Source: Hydrolagus affinis | Taxonomy: Eukaryota | Direction: 5' to 3' | DNA length: 64,000 nt | NCBI GenBank assembly: GCA_012026655.1 | Contig: JAAILG010000006.1 | Span: 62,001-126,000 of the forward strand | Shown: positions 11,857-26,230 of the stretch, piece by piece | Position numbering within the stretch: position 1 is the stretch's first letter | Layout: each line of letters starts with the position of its first letter | Notes under the pieces: model-generated | Told to the model about the DNA's origin: nothing | Seen by the model: the letters and a program-made list of their open reading frames with translations, nothing else | Databases searched by the model: none | Program-made: the position numbers and the translations under genes

Positions 11857-14800
11857 ATTACATGCGTAGTGACACCCTTGTAAATGTAGGGAGATTGCCA
11901 GGCAGTAATATTGCAATCCACCAATCCACCTGATTCAGCTCCAATCTGCTATCCTATGTGAATGATGTTGTATAAATATAAGGTATTGGTGATGTGGTTT
12001 GCGCAACAACAGGTTTTTATGATTTCAAGTGCGGCAAATGTATTTGGATAGCCCTGTGTCAAGATTTTGGATATTTAGGTAAGAAAATGTCAGGGTTCAA
12101 TGCCAAATAAGCCCAGTATGGTGTAATATGAACCATGTGCTAACTATTCTATAGATTCACCGCAGATTATTTTGAAATAAACCTATATATCAATCTTCGT
12201 AAATCACTCCTACTCGTTTTATACAATAATCACAAATACAATACAATGTGCATTTGTAATGTTGGAAGCTTTATCGGGACAAATTAAAAACAAATAAATA
12301 GGATATTGCTTTATCTACAGTTTGGTACACTTTGCAAAAGTAGACCTCAGTTTCTTTAAAGACATTTTGTACCCGTTTGTTACCTTATTTTTGGGAGCCA
12401 GCAAATATTCTTTGATGACCTTTCGAGAGACAGGTAGTCTTTAATTAACTGGCAAAGATTTATGAAATAAAGGGTACTTGTCAGTTGCGCTGTCTTGTCA
12501 ATGGTATTTGTATGCATATCAGGAAAATACCATTTTGCATTTATAATGTACAAAATCTTCAACTCAGTTACAATGAAAGCCATTTCAAGCATAGACTTTA
12601 TTAAACACACAGAAGTGATTTAATTTGTGATGTTTAACAGCATTTCTAAAAAATCCTTTAAGTTACTATAGTGCCGCAGGAACTGAGGTATTCTGAGGTA
12701 GATTTCATTGCAACAGAGTTCCTACCTGGATGACAAGAGGTACTTCTGAATTCCAGAAGGAGTCTCCATCTGCAAAACTCAATTCCTTATTAACAATGTT
12801 ATAACAACAACAAAGGTGCACACGTAGCACTGTGCCCAGCAATATCAGGAAGGGAAAGATAAATTGACCATCCGATTATTCCATTACGATTTCCTGTAAT
12901 TTAATCCCCTTGGAATTCCCATCCTAAATAGCGGAGTCAGGCCTTTCTATAATGGACCTGGCTATTCAATAATGTGCTTCATTTTACCTAAGAGCGCGTA
13001 GGTTGAGATTAGCCTGAAAGAAACTGCTGACTCCAGAACCCACCGAGCTATGAATGACCAAGTATCATAACATTGGTCCATCAAAGAAACTGAACTTCTC
13101 CTGAAGAGGCAGAGCTCAATAGAAAATGTGCTCATCAACAACATCCCATCCTATCTGTCACACATCACATTAACCCTTCCAGTTACTCTTCTTTCTTGAA
13201 GGGGAGGGAAGTCTAGGGAGAATTCATTTTTATTAAATGTACTCCCACATCTCCGCCCTAAAAGTGGAGTTTGGTGACAGTGACTTGCACGGAATGCATT
13301 ATTGATTTCAAAGCCTTAGGTCAACTCACCCATTGCTTTTCCCTTCTCTATTCAGTCGCTGCATGAAATAGATGATGCTCTTAGCCAGACTGTATCCTGG
13401 AGCGCTCCATTTATATAATATTATTAATAATACATTCATTTGATGTAACCCCTTCACATTTCGTCAAAACATTTCAAATTGCTTTACAGGATTTATTGTA
13501 AAGTGTAGTGATTATGTATTTGTTATGACTGACAAACCGCACTCATTCATTATCATGGAAGAATTAACATGTGATAATGTAATGAGAGTTTCCGGCATTT
13601 CTGTCTCAACGCACTAAGGAATGACTGGTTATTTGAAGCACATTTAAATGGAGTATTGGACTCTTTAACTACAAGATGATCTTATGGGGATTTAGTAAGC
13701 GAGTTATTGAGTGCCTCTAATCACATGCAATTCAGGAACTGAACTCAGCAAGACACAAAGTCAGCCTGTTTCAGCTCAGCAAGTCATCTTAAGGTGAACA
13801 TTGAGATGTGCAATAAGTTAAATTAATACCACTTTTACCTCCCCGCAACCCAATATACTGTATCATTTGTCCAAGAGCCTCTCTTGAATGGGGTCAAGAG
13901 CTTGTCAAGATGAAAGCAGACACATGGAGGAAATAAAACCAATTAATTTTACCTCATCTTTAATGTATTGAAAACGACTCCATTGAACAACAACAAAAAT
14001 ACATTTATAGAATGCTTTTCACGTCGGGAGGATGTCCCGAGGCACTGAGGTATCTCATTCACCCCCAATCTGTGAACTCCCTACCCCTAGCTCCTCCTCC
14101 CCGACTTTGACCAGGTGGAATTCAAGCCCTAAAAAGTAAAAGGTGGGTGGAATATTTATAAGATGAATCTAATGTTTGTAACCACCAATAAAACAAGTCC
14201 ACGAAAATTGCAAGAATGCTGATGTCAATCATACGATATTGTCTCGGTAGTAAAACAACAAACTGCAACTAATTAGAGAACAGTCTCTCACCTCTTGCTT
14301 AATTAGCTCTTCTTCTACAGCAAGATAATATTTGCTCCATCACTCATTTTACTGTCCTTATTGCGCTGCGGTCCAGCATACAATGTGTGAACGTTTTATA
14401 ACAGAGTAATTCTAAAAGGCAGAGTGTTACTTGCAGTCAGGTTCAGCTCATTCCCCATTAAATACTGTCAGCCAAAACGTATCCAAAGCCCTACGAGATG
14501 ACTTGGCCTTAAATTACATTATCCTGCATTCCCGATACAGAAGTACCGCTCAGTACAAGCTGCTGAACCAATGGGGAACAATAAATTTACTTTCACCTGA
14601 CAACAGAGGAAACCAATTTTTCAGTGAGACTTTCATTCAGCTGAAGGTCAGCTAATTTAATCTGAGAGGGGACTGCCACTGATTTCTGGTCTGTAAATGT
14701 CAAATGTCTACAGTTACAGATTAAATATGACAGGAAATTGGCCTTTAATAATGAAATCTCAGGTGATTTTGAAGAATGTGAATAAGAATCCGAAATATTT

Positions 14801-15511
14801 ATTCTATGGTGTGGAAGAAGCAAACTTGTCCTGGAGGATGAGAGTAAATTGGGCTGAGCCATCAAGCTCCAAGCACTAGGTTTGAATGAGTTTACTTTGT
14901 GTCATTTTACTATATACAGTACCAGCTGCATCTGTTGCAGCTATGTTTACAACCAAAGGATTCATTATGGAATGTAGATTGTGGTGCAGATGGACACACC
15001 TTGAAAGGTTTGATTTTTGCTTAGGCACCTTGATAATGGTAAATACAAATGTATAATGTATAATCACTGGGACGTCCTCCAGACATGAAAGGCGCTTAAA
15101 AAGTGTAAGTTTGTTGTTCTTGTGGCTTAGCTTATCTGTCTTCTTTATTTGTTCCCACTGCCTCCTGGCCACATGTGTGCTCTGTGGCGCAGGATGCTAC
15201 AGAGTCACTCTGACTTGGCAGCCACCAAGTATAACTGCAGCGAGAGATGAAGGTTGAGAGGAAGAGCTTTAGAGGGGTTATTTGTGGGGATTTCAGCATT
15301 GGCAGATCAGGTTCAATAATCTTTCCAGTCATTCCTTGGACTGAAATACTGATAGCTTTACAGTTGAGAGCCTTGACATGCCCCTCGTAGTTCTCCTGCT
15401 TTACTGATTTCCTTTCGGTTGATGTTTAAGTACATGCATCCGTAATGATGGTGTGGGGACATCGGCCAATGATCTTACCTTTTGGAATGGTCACAGATCT
15501 GTAGAGAAAAA

Positions 15512-15800
15512 CATATACAAAACACTGCAGAAGCTGCAAATCTGAAACAACAACAAAAAATTCCTGTAGGCAGTAAAAAGGAAAAGAAAAGAAAAACATC
15601 CTTCTGGTTCTCTCCCTTTTAATGGAGAATGCACTATACCAAATGCAAGTACAGTATTATTGTTTATTATCAGACTATGAATTCCACAATCTATGGCAGA
15701 TCCCAGGGTAGATGAAGCAAAAACAAAAATCTCTGGGAACACTCAGCAGGTCAGGCAGCATCTATTGAGAAAGGAAAGTGAGTCAAAGTTTTAGGTCCAC
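15512..15800 (+). mobile_element. Two partial left arms of the Penelope-like fold-back element
   Basis: ACAAAACACTGCAGAAGCTGCAAATCTGAAACAA at about 15517 and AAACAAAAATCTCTGGGAACACTCAGCAGGTCAGGCAGCATCTATTGAGAAAGGAAAGTGAGTCAA at about 15720, matching 51978-52100. Confidence 0.75.
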
Positions 15801-15996
15801 CACGTAGCAATTGCTAGAAACATTTCAAAATGACACACAACATGTTGTGAGGAAATCGGATATTTGCAACTGCCAATGCCATTAACAAGATCATTCATAT
15901 TTTCAACCCTAAGGAAACTCAGCATGTGAGGATTGTGAGTGTGCACTCATTTCCACTAGAGTGCTATCCACCAAATGCCTGCTACTAGGATGTGAA

Positions 15997-16815
15997 ATAA
16001 GATAATAAAAATCCTTGCATTTGATATAGTGTTTTATCACAGCTTCGAGATGACCCAAAGCACTTCACGGAAGTGTAAAGTGAATTGACTATATATTTTG
16101 TGGGAGAACTGAGTTCCTACTTATTGCTAGGTGAACAGGGGTGAGTGTAGAGGAAGGGAACCTGCTTAGCGTTTCACCTTGCCTGGGAATCGAATCCAGG
16201 TACATTCGTTTGCGGTATGCGTGCTGTAACCAATAAACTACAGGACTCCACATCTATAAATGTGAACTTAGACCTTTTAGAATGAAATGGGGCTGATGCC
16301 CAGAGCACTCTTCTCTGCTCTTGCTGAATGCTCTGGCGAAGGTATGTGTGTATATGGGGTGAGGGGAAGGGATCATAATAATAATCCTTGCATTTGATAT
16401 GGTGCTTTTCACGTCTTCTAGACGTCTCAAAGCACTTGACTGAATATACTGTAAAGTGGATTGATTGTATATTTATGGGTGAAATGTGGCAGCTCATTGC
16501 GCACAGCAGTGTCCTACAAACAGCCGTGGATTGAATGATGAAATTATTATTGGTTTTTTTGAGGGATTATTATTTAGATGTGTGGAGTCAGGAAATTTGC
16601 CTGCCTGGAATTGAACCCAAGTCTTTCGCTTGTAAGTGGATGCTCTAATCACTGAGCTACAGGACTACGAGGAAACCACAAAAAAAATCATAATAATCCT
16701 TGCATTTGATGTAGCGCTTTTCATGTCTTGTAGCTGTCTCATAGCGCTTCACAGAATATACTGTAAAGTGAATTAACTGTATATTCGTTGGTGAAACACA
16801 GCAGCCAGTTGCACA
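15997..16815 (-). mobile_element. Cluster of three same-orientation SINE copies (about 15997-16245, 16374-16666, 16688-16815)
   Basis: Three AATCCTTGCATTTGAT tails. The middle copy has a tRNA head (CACTGAGCTACAGGAC) and the first carries the long-subfamily block. Confidence 0.88.
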
Positions 16816-16869
16816 AGAGCAACATAAGCACAAAGAATGTAGAGATGAAGAAAGGAACGGTGAGGTCTT

Positions 16870-16980
16870 GTTAAACTGGGGAGTGGGATTGAATTGTTGT
16901 TTTCAAAGACTCGATGGTACAGACTCGATGGTCCGAATGGCCTCCTTTTGTGCCGTAAGATTCTATGATTCTATGATTTT
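16870..16980 (+). mobile_element. CR1-type 3' tail
   Basis: GACTCGATGGTCCGAATGGCCTCCTTTTGTGCCGTAAGA followed by (TTCTATGA)2, the typical CR1 terminal octamer repeat. Confidence 0.8.
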
Positions 16981-19379
16981 GACACATTCTTCCGACATGA
17001 AATGCACTACACCAAATGCAAGTATTATTGTAAGTGGGTCTAATTGAAATTCATTGGCATTGTAGAGCAGGCTGTCTTTCTATCAAGGTACAATTCTTTG
17101 CACGCACTCCAGTTATTTGTTGATGGAACATTGTCCTGTGTGCACAGTTATGTTCTCTTAATTTCCCAACTCATTAGCATTTACTTTTGCATTTCATTTG
17201 CATTCACCCTTCCCCAACACACTCCAGAGCAACCAGTAAATTTGTGTCCTAGAGAGTTTGTTGAACTGTCAAAATAATTCACAGTTTAACAAGACGTTTG
17301 CATATTTCCACCCACCCCCTCCCCATTATGCACCTTCGTGAATAAGACTAAAATTATGACTTTAATTGCCTTAACTACAATAAAGCCTAGAATTTTGTAC
17401 AGGATTCAAACCTTATTGGCTCAAGTTTTCGAATCCCTGTGGAACAATTAGATCTCCACAGTAAAGGAAGCGATGAACAAGGAGACAATGTGGTGTTTTA
17501 TAGGAGCAGTAAAGCTTCACGTACAGAGCACACAGTGATGTTCCTGCAATATTAATGTCAGACTGCACTCTGTGGATTGACAAACAGTACTCGAGCAATG
17601 CAGATTGCAAATGAGGGTCATAAAACATAGGATCAGAACCAAAAAAATCAGCTGGAACTTTCAATATAATAATTCTACCGAGGAAAATGCTTATACTTTG
17701 TAAATATTGACGCTTGACACCACACTAAACATTTTAGGCCTCAGTTAAAAAAAAACTTCTGCTCTTAACTGCTGAGCCTGTAACTCTGATTTAGATGACA
17801 AGGAATTAAACAGACTTATAAAATCCTAGCATAATGATGCGATCGACAAAAAGTAATAGCACCTGGAGACTGTATCCATGGTAATAAACAAAACTGCTGT
17901 AATGTTGTTTACTGGACAAACAGGAGGTAGCTTCAGTGCTCATTAATAGGCTGAGAGTCATTGTATGGGAGAATGCTTTAGCATTTACCTTGGTTAGAGG
18001 TCGCGGTATTGGCATTCGTGGATTGGAAGAACGTACATGCCTTATCATGTTGAAATGTCTCAAAACATTTCGCGAATTGAATCTTAGATCCAAACACAGC
18101 AGAGTTTTACACCAGCAAGGTCCACACAGTCAATCAATCTGGAGGATTGCTGTCCAAGACACCAAGAATGTCCCTCTTCCCCTTTACAGATGGAACCACC
18201 ACAGTGCTGGACTTCAATATAAGCCGAGAGCCATGAGCTCAAGTTTTGGTGTGAGGCTTGAACCAACATCAATGTTAAATATTAATAATATTGTAAACTT
18301 ATGCATTTGGTGCAGCCCATTTCATACCAGGAGGTCGTCAACAAGTGCTTCACAGGATACATACTAAAATGGAGTGACTGGTCATTTTGTAGGTGAACCT
18401 CTAGACACATCGGCGAGATTCCTGTTAACTGAGCCAGACCAAAGTATTGGATAGATCCATTCTAGGAGTTCCTTTAGATTTTACTTGAATTATTTGCATT
18501 TAGATTGGGGGGGGTTGTGAGCCCTAGACTATCTTGTATACCAAATAAAGCTGGTTTCATTATAATATTCTCCTCTTCAAATGATTTTCTGAACAATAAC
18601 AGAGCATTGCTGGTGCTGCATGCCGGATGAATAAGTAGTTGAAAAAATGGAAACAGTAGCTACCCTTCTTCTTTCAGATACACATCTGAGCAATGTCTTT
18701 ACCTGAAGTACAAGCTGTTATTTACAATATATTTTACACGACCAGCAATTTCAGATTTTATTTTTTCAAATACACAGCATCTGCAGCCTGGAATTTACAA
18801 TGAGTTTTCCTTAGGGCTTGATGCATGTCAATTATGAAAAATTATTTGTTTTAAAAACCAATCATTTGCAATTTCACTTCATAAATAAATAACTGTTGAT
18901 ATCTTCCAAGGTTTCATAAGAAATTGGGGACTTGCTAGATTGATCCTGATCTATATCTGATATGGCAGCAGTTTTGGGGACTAGTTTTCAGACTACCTCC
19001 TTTGTCAGACATCTCCTTGTTGAATTTTAATAGCATTTGTATTGAATTCATGTCAAGTGTGACACTTTTACTTTTTGTCCACGAATGCAAATGAATTCCA
19101 GTTGGCTAATATAATATCTTGGTATATGGGTATATAATATCCTATTATATAATAATCTCTTGGCAAGAGATAATACAGGGGATGTCTCTAAAGATTTCCG
19201 CAGCAGGCGGAACTGACAAACCATACTTCTGTACATAATTCCAGAAAAGATCGCTCAGGCTTCCTCTCAGAATAATGTAATTCAATCAGCAACTCCTATT
19301 GGTTCCATTGTTGAAAAGAAATTTAATTTGATTGTTCAGGATGCATTTGGGTTAGCCAGTTAATTCATTGGTACTAAAA

Positions 19380-19575
19380 CATGGCTCAGTTACCACTCTC
19401 CCCTCAGCTGATACTCCAATGCAGTGCTGGGGGTGTGCTGCACTGTCAGAGGTGACATCCTTCTGATAGGATATTAATCCAAGGTTCTATCCTCCTGTTT
19501 AGATGGATATTAAGATACCAACACACTGTTGGAAAAGAGAAGGCACATCCTTCTGGTGTCCTGGCCAACAATCCC
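19380..19575 (+). mobile_element. Older Deu-domain SINE fragment (SacSINE1/AmnSINE1-like)
   Basis: GCTGATACTCCAATGCAGTGCTGGGGGTGTGCTGCACTGTCAGAGGTG...CCTGTTTAGATGGATATTAAGATACCA...GGTGTCCTGGCCAACA resembles the Deu domain. Confidence 0.75.
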
Positions 19576-20829
19576 CGACAAACACCTTTTCATTTCACAA
19601 TCTCAGCTCTCGTGTCCAACTAGCAGGATCTCCTGGCGTGAAACATACTGTTCATGTGTAAATCTTATGCATGTAATAAGTAGGGGGGTCCAGAAAATTA
19701 AAACAAAATTGAAAGAAAATACAATCTACTTTGTGATAGTTGAATTAATGCTACGGTTGTTCAAACTTTAACTGTACCATTCAAACCTAATGGATACAGA
19801 AAGTGTACAAAAGAGAAGATATGAAATCATTTTTCCATGACCCATTTGTTCAGAGCTATTGCCCGTTTATGGATTTCTAGACTGAACTCATCTCGATCTG
19901 GCAGATCATGGAATGCTAAAAGCATATAGTGCAGCCAACACATATATTGGGAACACTTTCCTTCAACTCTCTAGAAGAAACCAATGTTATTTTTGTTGCA
20001 GAGAATGAAAAGGTGTAATAATAATATAATTTAACACTCCTTAAGCAACCTCCCTCCAATTTTTATTATGTGTTACCAATTCCCCACATGCTATTATTTT
20101 ACACATTAGAGTAACAGTAACAAACATTTGAGTTCAGTGTCTGTGGTAAGATTATTACTACCCAGATATTTTCGGTATATAGTATATTTATAACTTTTAT
20201 CCTCTGGGTGAATTAAATCCTTTTGCCAATAGGGTCATTAACGAGAACCTTCATCTTTCTTGGGAGAACCATTATACAGTACCTAGTTATAAGCTGAAAG
20301 GAGACCCAAGACAACTTACTGCACCCCTGAGTTTAGGAAAGCAAGTTCCAATTAGCTTGTTTTTTTTGTTGATTTAAGATGAAACATTTCAAGGCTGAGA
20401 GCAGAACAATTTTCGACTTTAGATGCTGTGGGATTGGGATCAGGTAATCCAGGTTCATTACAATGCACGGGAAGATTATAAACGGGAACTCATTCCACTC
20501 TGCCCAAATAAAGAGCCGTAAAGGTTTTCTGTTTACGGCTGAAAACATGTATAGAATACCATGCAGATTTGCATGATCCTTTACAAGTGAAATCATTTGT
20601 ATTATTATTGCTCGCATGTTACCAGTTCCTTGCAGTAAAACAAAAGTCTGCCTAGGAATTTATTGCAAAAATATCTGAGGAACACACCTACTGAGCTGGT
20701 GAATTTTCCATTTCCCAGGAGACATCTTATAAACCTCAGAAAGACTGCCAACGTCCTGGCAAATCCCTTTGTATTGTGGACTCATAACAAGTTATTTACC
20801 TCCTGTCAGTGGATAAGGGCTCTATAATC

Positions 20830-21172
20830 AAGCTGGCATCTCACTGAGGAGATGTCCTGGGGGGACTTTACAGCCGTGTATCAAAAATTCAAATGGGATT
20901 GAAAACGTAGATCCAGACCAATACTTCTGGATGCTCTAAGACAGTAAGAGGACATAGGTTTAGAATTGCAAAGAGCTATTTCTGGACAGATACCATGAAA
21001 TTTAGAGTATAATTAATATTTGGAACAGTTTGTCAGGAAATGTGGTTGAAGTCAGGCCACCAGACTTATTACAAACAGCTCGATGCTGTGATGGAAAGTC
21101 GGTAGGATGGATATTCTAAAAGGATGGAATCAAATGGGCCAGTGGGCTTTCTTCATCCAAACCAATCTTGTG
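20830..21172 (+). mobile_element. CR1 LINE ORF2 C-terminus and 3'UTR relic
   Basis: Decayed motifs GDF..VY, RGHRFRI and RVINIWNSL....VE, followed by GGATGGAATCAAATGGGCCAGTGGGCTTTCTTCATC. Confidence 0.7.
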
Positions 21173-22914
21173 ATTGAGACCTGATACCAGTGTTTGTAAA
21201 ATGTGGACAACTAACAGGAAGACTATAATGCACTTAATGTGTCAACAAGGTTACTTGTCCTTCCTCTATCCTTCAAAGTTTGAATGGAAGGGAATGGAAG
21301 ATTTCCATAACTGAAAATGTGTCTGGCTCAATTATAGAAATGACTAGGTTGACAGCTACTGAGGTAAAGGATTTGATGAGAACTTCCTGCAAGTTTTAAA
21401 TTCTTTATTTGGTTATCAATGTGGAAATTGTGCATTAAAATAAATAAAGGATCCTCTTGAGGAACTCTGAAATCCCGAGAGAACAAATGACACCATAACT
21501 CATGAGTCACCAAATTATGAGGTTGTCTTTATTAGCAGAACCATAATTAGCATTCCTTCTATACTGCAGAAGGAATCTGTGCATTCTATAATGATAGTTA
21601 TTCCTTAATTAACAGTTATTTTTAACTACAAGTGAAACAAGTGAAATATTGATGAGACGTAAATTGTCAGATGTCACAGATTGTTGAAAGTGATACTTTT
21701 TACTAGCCAGAAAGTGGGTCAACAACCATATTAATGTAACACTGTCATACTGCGTAACTCACCATCCTTGCATTCTCAAGGGCAGGTGACTCTGAATACA
21801 TCATCAAAGGTTCTGGACCAAGTAATAAACGGTAATGAACTGCGCTTATTCTCCTCAGCACCACACAAAGAATTTAATCAAATATAGACATAAACAACTA
21901 GCACATCTGACATTGTGTGTAAAAATCTAATATAGTCCACTATGTCATCTCTCAATCCAATTTTTTAGAATATGAAAGTGATATGGACAGCCAACCCTGT
22001 CAAAGAACTTCATGGAATTGAAGGGGGTGGTGGCAATATTTGTATGGCATTTCTCTGACACACTCAAGCCACCATAAACCTGTTTGTGAACAGATTATCC
22101 TTATGAATCTAGCTCTGATCAGAATATATGAATTTCAGTAGCATGCTCAAGATAAAATCTGCAAGCCGTAAATTGGGAGGAGAATTTTGCAATCTGAATT
22201 GGGGATGAAGGCTGGCTGGAATCTCACATCTGCACGTACTTTCCTATCTTGAGTAATGTAGAAGTAAATACCATTCTAAATGTCTCAGGTAATTTCCCTA
22301 GAGCATTTGCTTTATTATCCATTCTCAAGTGGAGCAGAGCTATAAACACTGAGAACTTATTTTTCTCCTTGTAGAGAAAGTTGCTGAAAAAAACATTAGA
22401 GCAGGGGAGTTTTTGTCAGGCGAAATGTACAATTTTCTGTTCTCTATTCTATAATCTGGGCCTTGGGGTGTTGTGTGGAGGTGTATAAAGAACATTCTTT
22501 CACAGAGCTCCAAAAGAGAAGATTATTTTAAACAATTTCCTAAAGTGTCAAAGTCTTTGTTTGAAGGTTCAGATTTTGCAGACATCTGTTTTTTGTGTGT
22601 GCATCAAAACCATGGAATTAATCTCCTCGAATCTGATTTATCTGTAGAATTCAAAACATGACTAGCTGTAATCACTGCATTTGTCAGATCCATCTCTCAG
22701 TTTCTATGTCGAATTACCTAAATAGTTTTCAGACCATTTTCAAAATTTTCGAAATCAAAATTCTCAGATTTTTTTCCCGTTAAAATGCAACGCTAGTTTT
22801 TTTTTCAAATTTACAATGGTCAAAGTTTAATTTGCAATTGTTGAAAACTGCATTTCTTGCATTGATCAGAATTTCTGGTTCAAAACATTGTAGGTGGTGA
22901 GTCCAAAACCCTAA

Positions 22915-23235
22915 GTCATTGAAATGGAAAATAATATTTGCTCACAGTAATGTCCCACAAACAAACAAACAGCCTTGCTGTAAACAAACAACTTTATCTG
23001 GGGATTGTTGGCTAGGATCCTGTAAGAAACCATAGATTGGATCTTTACCGGCCACTTAAACGGGGAGATGAGAATATGGGTGAATACTTCAACTGATCCG
23101 AAATGCACACCTCCAACAATGCAACACACCTCCATAACAGCACTGGAATGACCAACTAGACTATGAGTTCAAAGCTCAATATGGAGTTTGAATCCACAAC
23201 CTTCTGACTCAAAAGTAAGCCACCAACTAAATCAA
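22915..23235 (-). mobile_element. Older Deu-domain SINE
   Basis: Antisense CACAGTAATGTCCCACAAACA, TGTTGGCTAGGA, CTCCAACAATGCAACACACCTCC and GAGTTTGAATCCACAACCTTCTGACTC (tRNA head). Confidence 0.7.
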
Positions 23236-25284
23236 GGAGATCCTCTTAACAAAATGACACCCCACCAAGTTAACCTTTTTCTCTTTTGGGCCTATAAATC
23301 TATGAATGTTTTCCTTCACGGGACAAACTATTATGATCCTTAAACTGTACTTGTCCCAACCAGAAAGTGTTCTGCTCAAACCTTTATCTGTACTGGGACG
23401 GAATGGGAAAGTGTATGTCAGTCAGTTGGACAACAATGGGATTGGAGTCAGATACAGTGCCCCATGTGGTCAAGTAGCAACAGACGGTGAGCGACCACTC
23501 TGAAGTCATACCAGAGAATACGGAAAACAAGTTTTTAGAAGATGACTAGAGATGGTAATTGTATTGGAATTGTCAGGAAAAAAAATTCTACCAAAATGTA
23601 ATTTGGCTTGATATCATTAGGAAGTTAGCTATGTTGCCCAATTTGGATGCAGAAAATGCAAAGTACTGCGTTCAATGTCAAGTATAGCATATGTTGTAAC
23701 CAGCAAGTTGCACGTACACCAGGTTTTTATTAAGAAAGATGCAACGCGGGTCTGTTGGCCTCTAAGGTTTGTGTCTAATACTGTTATTCTTTTCCCCTGG
23801 AACAGAGTTGTACATCACTGCAACTAACTGCTGATTTTATTTATATCAACAGTGGGTGGTAAAAAAAACTGCTACAACTGAGCTCACAACACGACAAATA
23901 ACACTTCCTTCACCTTTACTGAGTTTATTCTGCTCCAGATCTGTCACATATTGTTGCAATTGCATCCATTATCCTCTCCATAGTCCAACCGTAGCCTTCC
24001 TTCCAAAATGAATGACTTTGGAATGAAAAGTGTAGCTTGTTTACTCCAATTTACTGACACTTACATGTGCCATTGCCTTTCATTAGTTCCAATATTTTAG
24101 GAAACCTTATCAATATTCTGGACAGCAACATAAGGCTAGTTACCTAGTCATACTTGACGAACCAATAACTAATAGATTAAAATAGATGCCTTTCATGAGC
24201 TAGTTTTGTAAGGTACAGCATGTCTATGCTGTCATTAAAATGCTTAAAAATAATTAAGTGGTGCGCAAAAGATAATAGATAACTAGGCATCAACTTCCCT
24301 TTTAACTAACTATACTGAATCTATTACAGTACATTTATATTTACCCTATTGTCCATTCAAACAAGATGTAATTAGCTTAATTCGTTAAACACATAAGGTG
24401 AAGGAAATGGAACGGTATGAGACTGGAAGGAGTGTGTGAAGCCTTGTGTGGAGAATAAACACAAGCACTGACTAGTTGCGGGTAAATAGCCTGTTTCTAT
24501 GCTGTACAGTCTATGTAATTCTGTGTAAACTGAAGAACGGTAAAGCTGTATGAGTCAGAGTGGCACATACTCTGAACGCCACTGAATGTGCTGAACTCAA
24601 CCGTATGGATAAAATCCCTGTCAGGTGTCCTGACTGAAACGAAAGACAAAACTACCACACATGCACTATTGGTGGAGGTTTATAAAACATATTGAGATGG
24701 TAGCTGTCAAAAGTGGAGACTGGGTTTAAGAAGGAGCATGCAATGTTATCTGTCAGGCTTCATAATCAACAGAGGCTTAATCGGGAGGCAGAGATTTAGG
24801 GCTGGAGCGTGGAAGAGAGGAGACTTGCAAGGCATCCAAAAGAAACCTTAAAATTGATGGCATGGCGAATCACTGTAGTCATGCTAATTTAGTACTCATT
24901 GATATGCTTTAGGATGTCAGGGAGTCCAGGATGAAAGATTACTTACAGCAGATTTGAAGGAAGTCAATAGCCATATAATTTGACTGACTCTGAGGCAGGA
25001 AATGTGGTCAGAGGATACCAGGCAACAGCCAAATAACTTACGGATTTAACCTGTAAATAAATTCTTATGGTTTCCCCAGAACGAAAAAAGCTCCTGCCAG
25101 AGGCAAAAGAATTTAAAAGCAAGTGATTTAAAAGCCAAACAAATTTTGATTTAGCCAGACATCAAGTAAACAGAGCGGGCAATATGGCCGACAGGCAGTT
25201 TGATAAGAGTAACAGTAGCTGCATGTTTAAGGGATCCCATATTAGTTCCACAAGCACAGCTCACCTCGATATGCGTGCTTCTCT

Positions 25285-25540
25285 CTACTGAAAACAAGCT
25301 GGGGTTGGGATTGAGGAGGGTGGAGGGAAAGGAGGGGAAGGGGGTGGTGACCGATGGCATGGTTGAAGAGGAGGGTCTTGAAACGGGACTTGAAGGAGGC
25401 TAAGGAGGTGAGAGGTGGAGGGATTGTGGGAAGGAATTCCAATGGTTGGAGGTAGAATGGCTGAAGACTCTCTCGCCAATGGTGGGGTGGGTGTGTCAGG
25501 GGATATTGAGCAGACTGGAGCCCACTGAGCGGAGGTGAAT
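25285..25540 (-). mobile_element. L2 LINE 3' fragment
   Basis: Minus translation LTSLASFKSRFKTLLFNHA is the L2 ORF2 terminus (FKS.LKT.LF..A). Confidence 0.8.
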
Positions 25541-25867
25541 TGTGAATTGTCCAGTAAAGGGAAAAAGTGAGAAAGGACTCAGTTCCTTTTGTAGCTTGAC
25601 TTTAATTGGTCTTTCTGGGATGTTTCATTTCTCCCTGCCTTCCGTTTTGAAATTAGTGAGAAAAAGGAATCCAGGTCACCTCCTGATGGCTGCAAGAAAG
25701 ATTTAACTGCAAGATCCTTCTGGGCAATACCAGAGAAGCAGCTCAAGTGAAAGCTTGTGCACTTTAAAGTTTCTTGTCATGGTGGGCAGACTAGACTCCC
25801 AACTGAACTATATCCCATTATTAGCAGCTGTCATTAGTTGTGGAGTACTGTCAGAGAAAGTGTGCTC

Positions 25868-25898
25868 CCTCCTCCTCTCTCTCTCTCTCTCTTCTCTC
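25868..25898. repeat. (CT)n microsatellite
   Basis: cctcctctctctctctctctctcttctctc. Confidence 0.85.
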
Positions 25899-25995
25899 AG
25901 TCATGCAGAATCGAATAAGGACAAGAAGGCTCAACATTCATTAATGAAAAAGCCACAGAAATTCATATATAAAGTGCAACAGTAGGACAACCCGT

Positions 25996-26230
25996 AACAA
26001 CAACAAAAACTTGCACTTAGATAGTGCCTTCCACACCGGGCGGTATCTCAGAGCACGTAACAATGGTGGTGCCCGATGCCAGGGCAGGCCATGTAGGTGA
26101 TATGCAAGGTGATATATTCACCCAGAAATATACAGTTATTTCACTTTACAGTATATTCGGTGAAGTGCTTCTAGACATCTAGAAGATGTGAAAAACGCTA
26201 TATCAAACGCAAGGATTTTTTAATCATTAT
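25996..26230. mobile_element. Short antisense L2 tail (about 25996-26057) and sense SINE 3' fragment (about 26118-26230)
   Basis: (ACA)n-ACTTGCACTTAGATAGTGCC, then CACTTTACAGTATATTCGGTGAAGTGC...GCTATATCAAACGCAAGGATT. Confidence 0.75.

Noticed and set aside
13073-13150. WSIKETELLL resembling the start of a Myb/SANT-like (Harbinger) domain
   Set aside because: The match is too short, with no downstream conserved tryptophans and no transposase or TIR context.
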